Below are positions 27,595 through 36,891 of a stretch of 64,000 nt of DNA, in pieces. The notes below the pieces were generated by a model. It was not told where the DNA came from, searched no databases, and worked only from the letters and a program-made list of their open reading frames with translations. The stretch is from the NCBI GenBank assembly GCA_017631325.1, contig JAGBTM010000025.1:2620-66619 (forward strand), given 5' to 3'. The position numbers and the translations under genes are program-made. The first letter of the stretch is position 1. Every line of letters begins with the position of its first letter. The DNA is from Clostridia bacterium (GTDB lineage Bacteria; Bacillota; Clostridia; Oscillospirales; CAG-272).

Positions 27595-28257
27595 ATTATC
27601 AAAGAATTTTTAAAATCGACCTTTCTTTTCTCAGGCATAACCGACGGAGAGCTTGACATACTCACCGAAAGGATAACGACCGAGATAAAGGAATACAAAA
27701 GAGGCGAGCTGATTTTCTCAAAAACCGAATACAGAGAGGCTATGGGCTTTATCCTCTCGGGCGAATGCGAGGTAGAAAGTCACACAGCCGACGGAAATAA
27801 AATTTCGCTGAATTTCCTTAGAGACGGCGACAGCTTTGGCGTGCTTGCTCTCTTCTCGGACGAGGACTTCCCCACCGAGATACGCGCAAGAAAAAGCACG
27901 AGCGTTCTGTTTTTAGATAAGTCAAGCCTTGTTGCGCTCATTGAAGCCTCGCCAAAGATTTCCTTAAACTTGATAAAATTTCTCTCACGCCGCGTTGCAT
28001 TCCTGAACGGCAAAATAGATACCGTTACCCAAGGAAGCGTCGATACGAAGCTTGCAAGCTATCTTCTGTCACGCGCAAAGGCTGAGGGTGGCAGTTCACT
28101 ATCATTCAATTTCAAGCGTTGCTCAGAGGTTATAAACTGCGGGCGCGCTTCGGTATACCGTTCGGTAAAATTCTTTGAAAATAAGGGTTATATTAAGGCA
28201 GAAAACAAAAAAATATACATATTAGACACAGAAAAAATGGAGGAATTTTTGAAATGA
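27595..28257 (+). CDS. Crp/Fnr-family transcriptional regulator; the start codon is problematic (ATT, or a frameshift)
   Basis: The frame is open from 27592 and already encodes the cNMP-domain N-terminus IIKEFLKSTFLFSGITDGELDIL. There is no ATG/GTG/TTG before the ATG at 27742. ATT at 27595 lies 7 nt after AGGAG. The full length would be 220 aa, versus 171 aa in the track. Confidence 0.65.
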   Translation: MIKEFLKSTFLFSGITDGELDILTERITTEIKEYKRGELIFSKTEYREAMGFILSGECEVESHTADGNKISLNFLRDGDSFGVLALFSDEDFPTEIRARKSTSVLFLDKSSLVALIEASPKISLNLIKFLSRRVAFLNGKIDTVTQGSVDTKLASYLLSRAKAEGGSSLSFNFKRCSEVINCGRASVYRSVKFFENKGYIKAENKKIYILDTEKMEEFLK

Positions 28258-29261
28258 AAAAACTTTTAAGCTTGATTTTGGCGGTGTTTATGCTCTTTTC
28301 CATGACGCTCGCTCTCGCATCGTGTAACGACACCGACGAGCCTATTCGCATAGGATATATGGCCGGGCCTACCGGTATGGGTATGGCAAAGCTTATCCAC
28401 GATAACGGCGGCGTGGACGGAAACGGCAAATACGTATTTACAAAGTACGCTGACACTACCGCGGCCAAGGCCGACCTTGCCGCAGGCAAAATTGACGTTA
28501 TTTGTCTGCCCACAAACGATGCGGCAGCCTACTACAACACTCAGGGTAAGAGCATTGAGGTTTTAGCTATCAACTGTCTTAACTCGCTGTACGTTCTCAC
28601 CGACAAGAACACTACCGTAAGCTCGTTTGACGACCTTGAGGGTCAGACAATATACACCTGTAAGAACGGTACTCCGCCTGCCGTAATTAAGTATCTGCTT
28701 GAGGCGCACGGAATTAACGCTACCGTATCCCATAGCTACAACGGAAAGGAAATTGTCAAGCCTGAGGATATAGCTGCTCTGTTTGCAGCCAACCAGCTTC
28801 TCAGCGGCGAAAATCCTCCTCCTATTGTAGTAATGCCGGAGCCGATGGTTACCTCTGCACTTCTAGCTATACAGAAAAACGGAAGCTCTGATATAAGCTA
28901 CTCTGTAGACCTCAATCTTGCTGACGCTTGGGCTGAGGTTGAGAGCACCCCCATCACGATGGGCTGCGTAGTTTCCTCCAAGGCGTTTATCGAGGGCCAC
29001 AGCGACGAAATCAACACCTTCCTCACCGAGTACAAGGCTTCGGTTGAATTTATAGGAAATTCCGCAAATATTGAAACTGCCTCGGAATATGTGGTAGAAA
29101 CAGGCGTTATGAACGCTGCACCGGCGGCAAAGAAGGCTCTTTCAAACCTCGGTGATGCGATAAGCTATATTGACGGTGCTGATATGAAATCAGCGCTTGA
29201 AGCGTTCTTTGGCGCTATAAATCTTTCTCTTCCCGACAACGATTTCTACTATGCAAAATAA
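28254..29261 (+). CDS. ABC transporter substrate-binding lipoprotein (NMT1/THI5-like)
   Basis: 335 aa; signal peptide plus lipobox LALASC. Confidence 0.7.
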   Translation: MKKLLSLILAVFMLFSMTLALASCNDTDEPIRIGYMAGPTGMGMAKLIHDNGGVDGNGKYVFTKYADTTAAKADLAAGKIDVICLPTNDAAAYYNTQGKSIEVLAINCLNSLYVLTDKNTTVSSFDDLEGQTIYTCKNGTPPAVIKYLLEAHGINATVSHSYNGKEIVKPEDIAALFAANQLLSGENPPPIVVMPEPMVTSALLAIQKNGSSDISYSVDLNLADAWAEVESTPITMGCVVSSKAFIEGHSDEINTFLTEYKASVEFIGNSANIETASEYVVETGVMNAAPAAKKALSNLGDAISYIDGADMKSALEAFFGAINLSLPDNDFYYAK

Positions 29262-30018
29262 GCATTTTTTTAAAAAATCTTGTAGGCATATCGCGGTGCT
29301 TCTCTTCTGGCTTTCATTATGGCAAATAGCCGCGCTTATAATCAACAACAGCTTTCTTTTGCCTGATATTCCCGAAACCCTTTCGGCTCTTCTCGGGATA
29401 ATCAGCGAGGGTGGCGGTGAGTTTTTCTTTGCGGTTTTTCTCACGCTTCTGCGAGTGCTTTGCGGTCTTGTACTCGGTATCGCAATCGGCACAGCGCTTG
29501 CCGTGCTGTCACACCATATCTCTGCCGTCCGCGCCTTGATTTCACCTATGATTTCGGTCATCAAATCAACGCCTGTTGCTTCATTTATCATTATACTATG
29601 GATAATGCTGAGCGGAGACACTCTTGCGATTTTCGTTGCGTTTCTTATGGTAATGCCGATAATCTGGCAAAATCTTATGGATGGCTACGATGCTATCGAC
29701 GGTGATTTAATAGAGATTTCTACGGTTTATCAGCTTTCCTTCAAAACAAAAATGCGCGTGCTTGTAATTCCTACGCTTCTAAAATATCTCGTGCCTGCCA
29801 TTATCACCTCGGTTGGTCTTGCTTGGAAATCAGAGATAGCAGCGGAAATCATTGCCTATACGAGAAATTCCATAGGACAGCACGTCAACGACGCTAAGTA
29901 TTTTATGGACTACGCATCGGTTTTTGCCTATACGATAGTTGTTATAGTGCTTAGTATTATATTTGAAAAAGTAGCGAAGTTTCTGCTTTTGAGGTGCGAA
30001 AAATGGCTCTCGAAATAA
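29251..30018 (+). CDS. ABC transporter permease (NitT/TauT-type)
   Basis: 255 aa; 6 TM segments. It overlaps both neighbouring genes. Confidence 0.75.
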   Translation: MQNKHFFKKSCRHIAVLLFWLSLWQIAALIINNSFLLPDIPETLSALLGIISEGGGEFFFAVFLTLLRVLCGLVLGIAIGTALAVLSHHISAVRALISPMISVIKSTPVASFIIILWIMLSGDTLAIFVAFLMVMPIIWQNLMDGYDAIDGDLIEISTVYQLSFKTKMRVLVIPTLLKYLVPAIITSVGLAWKSEIAAEIIAYTRNSIGQHVNDAKYFMDYASVFAYTIVVIVLSIIFEKVAKFLLLRCEKWLSK

Positions 30019-30599
30019 AAAATTTAACTAAAAAATTCTCCGACAAGCTCATTTTTGACAATTTTTCTTACAAATTTGAGGATACGGGCGTTTACGCTAT
30101 CGTTGGCGAAAGCGGTGCCGGAAAGACGACGCTTCTGCGCATTATCGCAGGGCTTGACACCGATTATTCAGGCGAGGTTACGGGTGGCGGCATAGGTAAT
30201 GTCTCATACGCCTTTCAGGAATACCGCCTTTTCCCTACTCTCTCGGCTCTTGAAAATTTAACCTTGATTTCCTTCGGCTCTGCCACGAGAAATCAAAATG
30301 AGAGCGCACGGAATATGCTTTTGGCTCTTGGCTTTACCGATGCTGATATGCATCTTAGGCCCTCGGCCCTTTCGGGTGGAATGAAACAGAGGGTGTCCAT
30401 CGCGCGCGCACTATTAAAAGATGCTCCGCTTCTTCTTCTCGATGAGGCGACGAAGGAGCTCGACCGTGATAATGCCACGGCCGTCCTCGACGCTATACGA
30501 CGCGAGGGAGAAAAGCGAGCTGTCATATTAGTTACGCATAACCGAGAGGATATTGATTATCTCAAAGCAAGAGTCCTCACGCTTATCCCCTCTAAGTAA
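30003..30599 (+). CDS. ABC transporter ATP-binding protein
   Basis: Start trimmed to the ATG after GAGGTG. Walker A GESGAGKTT, signature LSGGMKQR, Walker B LLLLDE. Confidence 0.85.
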   Translation: MALEIKNLTKKFSDKLIFDNFSYKFEDTGVYAIVGESGAGKTTLLRIIAGLDTDYSGEVTGGGIGNVSYAFQEYRLFPTLSALENLTLISFGSATRNQNESARNMLLALGFTDADMHLRPSALSGGMKQRVSIARALLKDAPLLLLDEATKELDRDNATAVLDAIRREGEKRAVILVTHNREDIDYLKARVLTLIPSK

Positions 30600-30664
30600 T
30601 CAACGCGCCAACTAAATTACACCATTACTAATTTTATAAATAAATTTATTAAAACAATAACGAG

Positions 30665-30697
30665 CAAAAAAACGAGGCACGTTTCGTGCCTCGTTTT
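30665..30697. terminator. Bidirectional rho-independent terminator
   Basis: ACGAGGCACG-TTT-CGTGCCTCGT, flanked by an A-run and a T-run, between convergent genes. Confidence 0.8.
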
Positions 30698-30720
30698 CAC
30701 TATTCTATTAAACCTTAAGA

Positions 30721-32154
30721 TTACTGCTCCGACGGTGTGCTCTCGCTCACGGGCGTCTCATCAGATGATTTATTCTTCCGAAAATGGTCCCGAGTTACGC
30801 TAACAACGACCTTATAAAGACCTATAATACCTATAAGGTTAGGAACTGCCATAAGAACGTTCATAACGTCAGCGATGCTCCAGATAAGTCCAAGGTTCGC
30901 AAGAGCGCCGATAAATACGAATACTACGTAGACAATTCTATAAGACCAAACGGCAATTTTAGAGTGTTTTCTGAACAGGTAACCTGCGCAAACCTCACCG
31001 TAGTATGCCCAACCGAGTATCGTTGATAGCGCGAAGAATACCGTTGCGACGGCTATACCGACCTCACCGACAAAGGCGAGTGGCTCTCCGAATGCCGCGC
31101 TGCTGAGCGACGGGCCGTTTACGGCTATGCCGTTCATCATAGGCTGGGTACCGGCATAGAATGCATCGAGATAGACGTCTGAGGTAAGAACAACGAGAGC
31201 TGAAAGAGTGCAAATTACGATAGTGGTAACGAACACCTCGAACATACCCCAAAGTCCCTGCTTCGCGGGGTCCTTGGTGCTTGAAGCGGCGTGCGCTATG
31301 GGGGCGCTGCCAAGACCGGCCTCGTTTGTAAAGACACCGCGGCCAATACCGTAACGCATGGCTGCGATAACTCCGTAACCTGCGACACCGCCAAAGGCAG
31401 CCTTGAAATTAAACGCTTCCTTAAATATTAAAGCAAAGGCAGCGGGAATTTTTGTAAAATTAACGCCAAGTGCAACGACAGAAGCTACTATGAAAAATAC
31501 AGCCATTACGGGAACGAGCTTCTCGTTGACCGAGGCAATACGCTTAACTCCACCAAGGATAACTGCTCCAACGATAATCGTGAGCACTATACCTGTAACC
31601 CATACGGGAATATTGAGGGTGGAATTTAGAACCGTGGAAATAGAGTTAGACTGCGTGGCGTTACCCGTACCAAGACAGGCAATCATCGCGAATATTGCGA
31701 ACAAGGCCGCAAGCCACTTAATGCCAAGTCCGTTCTTTATGTAGTACATAGGGCCGCCGACGTATGCGCCATCGCTGTTCTTCTCGCGATATTTAAGCGA
31801 AAGAACTATCTCGGAATACTTTGTTACCATACCGAAGAGCGCGCTGACCCACATCCAGAATACAGCACCGGGGCCGCCTGAAACAAGAGCCGTAGCAAGA
31901 CCTGCGATGCTGCCCGTGCCTATCGTACCGGCAAGCGCTGTGGTGACTGCCTGGAACGGACTAACCGCTCCCTGCTCGCGCTTATGCACATTCTTGTCAA
32001 AGAGAGTTCCCGCAGTATTCTTCATCATGTAGCCGAAGCGTCCGAATTGCATAAAACGCATCTTACTTGACAAAAAGATACCTGCGAAAATAAGCATTAC
32101 CATCAAGGCAACACTAAGAATGTTTTCATAAAGAAAGGTCAAAATCTCCTGCAT
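30721..32154 (-). CDS. Alanine/glycine:cation symporter (AGCS family)
   Basis: Start trimmed to MQEILTF, with a GGAGGG SD. It is polytopic and has the AGCS-like motif GPGAVFWMW. Confidence 0.8.
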   Translation of the reverse strand: MQEILTFLYENILSVALMVMLIFAGIFLSSKMRFMQFGRFGYMMKNTAGTLFDKNVHKREQGAVSPFQAVTTALAGTIGTGSIAGLATALVSGGPGAVFWMWVSALFGMVTKYSEIVLSLKYREKNSDGAYVGGPMYYIKNGLGIKWLAALFAIFAMIACLGTGNATQSNSISTVLNSTLNIPVWVTGIVLTIIVGAVILGGVKRIASVNEKLVPVMAVFFIVASVVALGVNFTKIPAAFALIFKEAFNFKAAFGGVAGYGVIAAMRYGIGRGVFTNEAGLGSAPIAHAASSTKDPAKQGLWGMFEVFVTTIVICTLSALVVLTSDVYLDAFYAGTQPMMNGIAVNGPSLSSAAFGEPLAFVGEVGIAVATVFFALSTILGWAYYGEVCAGYLFRKHSKIAVWSYRIVYVVFVFIGALANLGLIWSIADVMNVLMAVPNLIGIIGLYKVVVSVTRDHFRKNKSSDETPVSESTPSEQ

Positions 32155-32233
32155 TGTTTTCCCTCCGTATGAAGCAAAGAGCCCAAAACCGCACATTTCT
32201 GTAATGTCGACACATAACGAAATACAAAATAGC

Positions 32234-32273
32234 CTAAAAAAACCACTCATTACCAAAAGAGAAATGAGTGGTT
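32234..32273 (-). terminator. Rho-independent terminator after the tRNA pair
   Basis: Minus strand reads AACCACTCATT-loop-AATGAGTGGTT followed by TTTTTTT. Confidence 0.75.
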
Positions 32274-32274
32274 A

Positions 32275-32352
32275 TGGGGTGAAATATGGGACTCGAACCC
32301 ACGGTCTCCAGGGCCACAACCTGGCGCTTTAACCAACTAAGCTAATTCCACC
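32275..32352 (-). tRNA. tRNA-His (GTG)
   Basis: Cloverleaf built by hand: extra 5' G, anticodon loop TTGTGGC, T-loop GGTTCGAGTCC, encoded CCA. Confidence 0.85.
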
Positions 32353-32357
32353 GTATG

Positions 32358-32434
32358 TGGCGTGCCTTGAGGGACTCGAACCCCCGACCTACTGCTTAGA
32401 AGGCAGTTGCTCTATCCAGCTGAGCTAAAGGCAC
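32358..32434 (-). tRNA. tRNA-Arg (TCT)
   Basis: Acceptor GTGCCTT/AAGGCAC, anticodon stem-loop ACTGC-CTTCTAA-GCAGT, TTCGAGT T-loop, encoded CCA. Confidence 0.85.
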
Positions 32435-32452
32435 ATGCTCGCAACGGCTATT

Positions 32453-32481
32453 ATTATAACAGAATATTTTTTATTTGTCAA
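32453..32481 (-). promoter_or_regulatory. Consensus sigma-A promoter for the tRNA-Arg/tRNA-His pair
   Basis: On the minus strand: TTGACA (32476-32481), 17 nt, TATAAT (32453-32458). Confidence 0.6.
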
Positions 32482-32633
32482 TACCTTTTTATGTTTTTTT
32501 AAAAAATATAGTTATATATTAATTAACGGCCTCCATTCCCCACTGCTGATATTGGCTAGGATAGGCTTATAATTAGGAAAGAGATTTATATCGGCGCGAC
32601 AAAACAAGACGCCGCGCCGATATATCGCAAAAA

Positions 32634-33071
32634 TTACTTATTGTCGCAATCCTCACAGCAAGAGTCACACTCGCCGTCGCAGAGCTCTACGTCACCTATT
32701 TTCTCACCGCAGGCGGGGCAAACGATGTCCTCGGGCTCAAGAGAATCGTCGAAGCAAACTATTTCACCGCAAGAGGGGCACTCAAGCTCGTAGTAGTCAC
32801 CGTCCTCAGTGTCGTACTCATCATCGTCCTCGTCATAATACTCGTCGTCGGAGAAATAAAGCTCCTCCTCTGCTTCGCCAAGGTCGTGGTCGAGCTCCTC
32901 TACGTACTCGTGAAGCTCCTTGTTATCTGCCTCAAGTGCAGAAATCTTGTCTGCCATATCAGCGACAAGCTCAAGCATAAGGCTGATAATCTTACCCTCC
33001 TTCTTAGAGGCGTCAATTTCGTAGCCGTCGAAAAGGCCCTTGATGTATGCTGCTTTTTCGGTAATACCCAT
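32634..33071 (-). CDS. Highly acidic zinc-ribbon protein (CD1247-N-terminal-domain-like)
   Basis: 145 aa; N-terminal helix MGITEKAAYIKGL, a poly-D/E/Y linker, and a C-terminal CPSCGE..CPACGE ribbon plus a CDGECDSCCEDC tail. Confidence 0.6.
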   Translation of the reverse strand: MGITEKAAYIKGLFDGYEIDASKKEGKIISLMLELVADMADKISALEADNKELHEYVEELDHDLGEAEEELYFSDDEYYDEDDDEYDTEDGDYYELECPSCGEIVCFDDSLEPEDIVCPACGEKIGDVELCDGECDSCCEDCDNK

Positions 33072-33138
33072 TTTATTACTCCTTTTTATGAGAAATGCTC
33101 CCCTGGTTGACGGAGAGCATCTCGTATATTTACTTTAA

Positions 33139-33696
33139 TTATGCTCTTTCAAGATACTCGCCGGTTCTGGTATCGATTCTGAGGACGTCGCCCTCGTTAA
33201 TGAAAATCGGAACCTTTACAACTGCGCCGGTCTCGAGAACTGCTTCCTTGGTTACGTTGGTAGCGGTATCGCCACGAACACCGGGCTCGGTCTCGGTAAC
33301 TGCAAGCTCAACGAACGTGGGGGGCTCAACCGAGAATACGCTGCCCTTCCAAGAGGAAATACGGCAAACTGTGTTCTCCTTAACAAACTTGAAGTTGTCG
33401 CCAAGCTTGTCAGCGTTAAGGGGAATCTGCTCGTAGGATTCGGGGTCCATGAAGTAGTAGAGCTCGCCATCGGTGTAAAGATACTCAAGGTCCTTACGCT
33501 CGATAACTGCGTTCTCAAACTTTGCGGTGGGGTTGAAGGACGCCTCGCGGATAGCTCCGGTAACTACGTCTCTGTACTTGGTTCTAACGAACGCTGCGCC
33601 TTTTCCGGGCTTAACGTGCTGGAACTCGATTACCTGGTATACCTTACCCTCCATCTCGAAGGTAACGCCATTTTTAAAATCACCTGCTGTTAACAT
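33139..33696 (-). CDS. efp: Elongation factor P
   Basis: 185 aa; [16 protein letters not shown] loop. Confidence 0.95.
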   Translation of the reverse strand: MLTAGDFKNGVTFEMEGKVYQVIEFQHVKPGKGAAFVRTKYRDVVTGAIREASFNPTAKFENAVIERKDLEYLYTDGELYYFMDPESYEQIPLNADKLGDNFKFVKENTVCRISSWKGSVFSVEPPTFVELAVTETEPGVRGDTATNVTKEAVLETGAVVKVPIFINEGDVLRIDTRTGEYLERA

Positions 33697-33794
33697 ATTA
33701 TGTTTCCTTTTCTTGGCGAATTATTTTGTGAGTGCCAGCGGTCCGCCACAACCATAATGCGCGAGCTGCACACGGCACTATCGTTTACTAACCT

Positions 33795-33823
33795 ATTTTA
33801 CTATAATTTTTAGGATTTTTCAA
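33795..33823 (-). promoter_or_regulatory. Probable sigma-A promoter for efp
   Basis: On the minus strand: TTGAAA, 17 nt, TAAAAT. A ~95-nt leader follows, containing the long-range pairing AGUGCC...GGCACU. Confidence 0.45.
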
Positions 33824-33878
33824 TAGTTTTGTAAATATTTTTTCAAAAAAAGCCATTTTTTTGTGATTTTTTTGGCTA

Positions 33879-34949
33879 CTACTCTATTTCTATGAGCTCT
33901 TTTGTTGAATGAGTGAAGTTATAAACACCGCTTTCGGTTATCTTTACCATGTCTTCAATTCTACAGCCGTATCGCCCCATAAGGTATATTCCCGGCTCTA
34001 CCGTGTAGATTTCTCCGACCTTGACACCTTCCCTTTTTGCCCTTGGCGAGAGCGTGGGACTTTCATGCACCATAAGTCCTACTGAGTGACCGAGCGAGTG
34101 ACCGAAGGTGCCCTTATATTCAGGTATGGCGTCGATAACGTCTCGCGCCACGGCATCGGCACGGCTCGGGCTGACACCCATTCTTAAGAATTGAAGCGCT
34201 TCGCTCTGCGCTCTGAGAACGGTATTATAAAGCCTCTTTATATCGGCATCAGCTCTGCCTATAACGAGAGTTCTCGTCATATCCGAGCAGTATCCCTTGT
34301 ATTTTGCGCCAAAGTCAAGCGTAAGAAACCCGTCCCGAAGCTTCACACCTCTCGGTGTTCCGTGAGGCACAGCCGATGCATCACCCGAGACTGCTATGGT
34401 CTCAAACGCAGGCGAGTCCGCGCCCATACGTCGCATGGCGTATTCAAGCTCTGCGGCAACCTCTATCTCGGTCATGTCCCGTCTTATATGTCTGAGCAGA
34501 TGCGAAAACGCGGCATCGGTTATATCCTGTGCCTTCTGCATATTTAAAATCTCGCCCTCGGTCTTAATCTCACGCAAGTCCTCAATGGTGGTTCCGAGGT
34601 CTACGAGCGTTATATCCGAATACTTTTCCTTGCAGGCGATATAATCGCGATATGAGAGATTTGAGCCCTCAAATCCCAGCGTTTTTGCACCCGTGGAGCA
34701 AATCAACTCTCTAAGTGTTCCCGTCCTATCCTTTGGCGAGAGAACCTCGAAATCAGAGAATCTCTTCTCTAAGGCGGCCTCGTAATATCTGAAATCGGTT
34801 ACGAGATACGCCTCGGTCGAGCTTATGAAAAGATATCCGTCCTGGAAAGGAAAATCGCACAGATAATACTGATTAATCTCGCTCGTAATGAGCGCCGCAT
34901 CTATTCCAAGCTCCTTTAGTTTTTCACGAAATTCAATTAATTTTGGCAT
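33879..34949 (-). CDS. Xaa-Pro aminopeptidase (M24B)
   Basis: 356 aa; M24 metal-ligand regions DFGAKYKGYCSDMTR, HSLGHSVGL and EPGIY. Confidence 0.85.
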   Translation of the reverse strand: MPKLIEFREKLKELGIDAALITSEINQYYLCDFPFQDGYLFISSTEAYLVTDFRYYEAALEKRFSDFEVLSPKDRTGTLRELICSTGAKTLGFEGSNLSYRDYIACKEKYSDITLVDLGTTIEDLREIKTEGEILNMQKAQDITDAAFSHLLRHIRRDMTEIEVAAELEYAMRRMGADSPAFETIAVSGDASAVPHGTPRGVKLRDGFLTLDFGAKYKGYCSDMTRTLVIGRADADIKRLYNTVLRAQSEALQFLRMGVSPSRADAVARDVIDAIPEYKGTFGHSLGHSVGLMVHESPTLSPRAKREGVKVGEIYTVEPGIYLMGRYGCRIEDMVKITESGVYNFTHSTKELIEIE

Positions 34950-35793
34950 TTTTCACCTCTAAATATCGCCTCTTCATACTAAGCGCGTCGCCTGACTGAG
35001 TGCCTGCCGACTCGCATATAACGGTTGGCGAAAGCCCTCCCTTGAAGATGGCAGAAACGAGTGGCTCGTAATCGGGGCCGTAGACCTCGTCAGCAAAGGT
35101 AAGATGGCGCTTCTCACCACCTGCGCTCCACTCGATTTTCGAAAAATGGCAATGCAGATTTTCTGCAACCTCAGAGCCTAGCGCTCTATCAATTTTATCG
35201 AAAACTCTAAGATAATCATCGGCAGAATTAAAAGCTCCCCCTAATTCTCTGGCATTCAGATGCCCAAAATCAACAACGGGAACGAGTGATTTATCAATTC
35301 TTGAGAGCTCTATTACCTCGTCAAGTGTACCGAGCTGATTAATTTTTCCCATGGTTTCAAGTCCTATTTTAACCCCGTGGGTATCAACCTCGGAGAGTGT
35401 TCTTATAAGCGTATCGGCAGCGAGTCGCATAGCCTCGTCGCGCGTTATTTTAGACGCCGAGCCGGTATGTACGACAATGATATCTGAACCGAGAAGATGG
35501 GCGGCGTCAAGGCTCTCTCTTATGTAACGAATACTGCCAAGTCTCTTTTCGGTAACGATACCCGAAAGCGAGATAAAATACGGAGCGTGGTAGGACATTT
35601 TAATTCCGTTTTCCTTTGCTTCTCTGCCTATGGCCATAAGTAACGATGGAGAGGCTGAAAGTCCGTTCCCTGCCTCATACTCGTATGCGTCAAGACCTAT
35701 GGATTTAATCCATCTTGGAGCGTCGAGGGTTGACGAAAATCCTGCAAAGCGAAAGGCGTCGCTGTTTCCACCGGGGCCGAATTTAGCCGACAT
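34933..35793 (-). CDS. Xylose-isomerase-like TIM-barrel protein (endonuclease IV-like)
   Basis: Start trimmed to MSAKFG, with a GAGAGGAAA SD. It has AP-endonuclease-2-like barrel motifs (HAPY, VVHTGS, LETM, DFGH). Confidence 0.6.
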   Translation of the reverse strand: MSAKFGPGGNSDAFRFAGFSSTLDAPRWIKSIGLDAYEYEAGNGLSASPSLLMAIGREAKENGIKMSYHAPYFISLSGIVTEKRLGSIRYIRESLDAAHLLGSDIIVVHTGSASKITRDEAMRLAADTLIRTLSEVDTHGVKIGLETMGKINQLGTLDEVIELSRIDKSLVPVVDFGHLNARELGGAFNSADDYLRVFDKIDRALGSEVAENLHCHFSKIEWSAGGEKRHLTFADEVYGPDYEPLVSAIFKGGLSPTVICESAGTQSGDALSMKRRYLEVKNAKIN

Positions 35794-36292
35794 TGTTTTT
35801 CCTCTCTTTATACTTTTTGATAAAGTGCTTCTCAATTTTACGCTTAAGGCGTGTAAAGGGGTCGGTCTTATCCTTTATAGGATTTACGAGCACTGCGCGT
35901 ATTCCGGCATTATGCGCAGCCCAAACGTCAGTAAGTATCTGGTCACCTATAAAAATGCACTCGCTCTTATCACGTTCTATATCCTTCATAGCACGCTTGA
36001 CACTGTCTGCAAAGGGCTTAGCCGAGTGATAATATGCAGGAAGGCTGATTTCAAAGTTGAACAGGTCAACTCGCTTCTTATTATTATTCGAAACTATGGC
36101 GCATCTTATCCCTGCCTCTCTGAGAGAAGAGAGCCACGAGAGCACGCACTCGGTCGGTCTGTCGTTCTCATAGGGGACGAGGGTGTTATCAATATCGAGA
36201 ATAACGCCGGATACTCCAAGAGAAGTGAGGAAATCGGGCGTTACAGAGTATATATCGTCAAACATAAAATCGGGTATAAGGTTGAGGCTCAT
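35783..36292 (-). CDS. yqeG: YqeG-family HAD-IIIA phosphatase
   Basis: Start trimmed to the ATG after GGGAG. DIDNTL, IVSNN and IGDQILTD motifs. Confidence 0.8.
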   Translation of the reverse strand: MSLNLIPDFMFDDIYSVTPDFLTSLGVSGVILDIDNTLVPYENDRPTECVLSWLSSLREAGIRCAIVSNNNKKRVDLFNFEISLPAYYHSAKPFADSVKRAMKDIERDKSECIFIGDQILTDVWAAHNAGIRAVLVNPIKDKTDPFTRLKRKIEKHFIKKYKERKNNVG

Positions 36293-36434
36293 ATTATCTC
36301 CCAAAAACTCTACATTAAATTATTTTATACTCTATAATTATACAATATGCGCCCAACTCTGTCAAGGAATTTTTGACCATTTATCCAAAGGGCGAAAATA
36401 CTCAAAAAAATAGAATTTATTTTCCCAAAAGGTA

Positions 36435-36463
36435 TTGACAAACGGAAAGTTTTGTGCTATTAT
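36435..36463 (+). promoter_or_regulatory. Sigma-A promoter for the tRNA-Gly/tRNA-Arg pair
   Basis: TTGACA, 17 nt, TATTAT; it ends 19 nt before the tRNA 5' end. Confidence 0.55.
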
Positions 36464-36481
36464 ATAAAGGCTTGAACGAAT

Positions 36482-36555
<74 letters not shown>

Positions 36556-36560
36556 AAATT

Positions 36561-36636
36561 GCGCCCTTAGCTCAGTGGATAGAGTGCCCGGCTACGAACC
36601 GGTAGGTCGAAGGTTCGAATCCTCCAGGGCGCGCCA
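36561..36636 (+). tRNA. tRNA-Arg (ACG)
   Basis: Acceptor GCGCCCT/AGGGCGC, anticodon loop CTACGAA, T-loop TTCGAAT, encoded CCA. Confidence 0.9.
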
Positions 36637-36641
36637 AAAAA

Positions 36642-36675
36642 ATGCTGCAGAAAGTAATCTCTGCAGCATTTTTTT
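36642..36675 (+). terminator. Rho-independent terminator
   Basis: ATGCTGCAG-loop-CTGCAGCAT followed by TTTTTT. Confidence 0.8.
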
Positions 36676-36697
36676 ATCCGTTGCTTAGCAACGGTAT

Positions 36698-36760
36698 ATC
36701 ATCACCGTAGGTGCATATCATCACCGTAGGTGCATGTCATCACCGCAGGTGCATAGTATC
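36698..36760. repeat. 19-bp tandem repeat, about 3.3 copies
   Basis: ATCATCACCGTAGGTGCAT begins at 36698, 36717 and 36736 (third copy GTCATCACCGCAGGTGCAT), with a partial fourth copy. Each unit contains the inverted repeat CACC-n3-GGTG. The array is preceded by the palindrome CCGTTGC-TTA-GCAACGG. Confidence 0.85.
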
Positions 36761-36891
36761 CCCCATGTCGTACACCGCCCCTCGAGTGCACAAACAATTT
36801 TAAATATTTCACATCTCTTTTTCAAAATAATGTTGATTTTTTTATACATTTATAGTATAATTGTATAAAATACTGCATAAAAGGTGGAAAT

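Noticed and set aside
27462-27698. 78-aa minus-strand ORF in the cdaA/crp intergenic region
   Set aside because: It covers the consensus crp promoter and the crp 5' coding region on the opposite strand. It has no RBS.
32155-32233. Glycine riboswitch upstream of the alanine/glycine symporter
   Set aside because: The ~80-nt leader is too short and lacks the GGAGAG...CACCG-type glycine aptamer cores.
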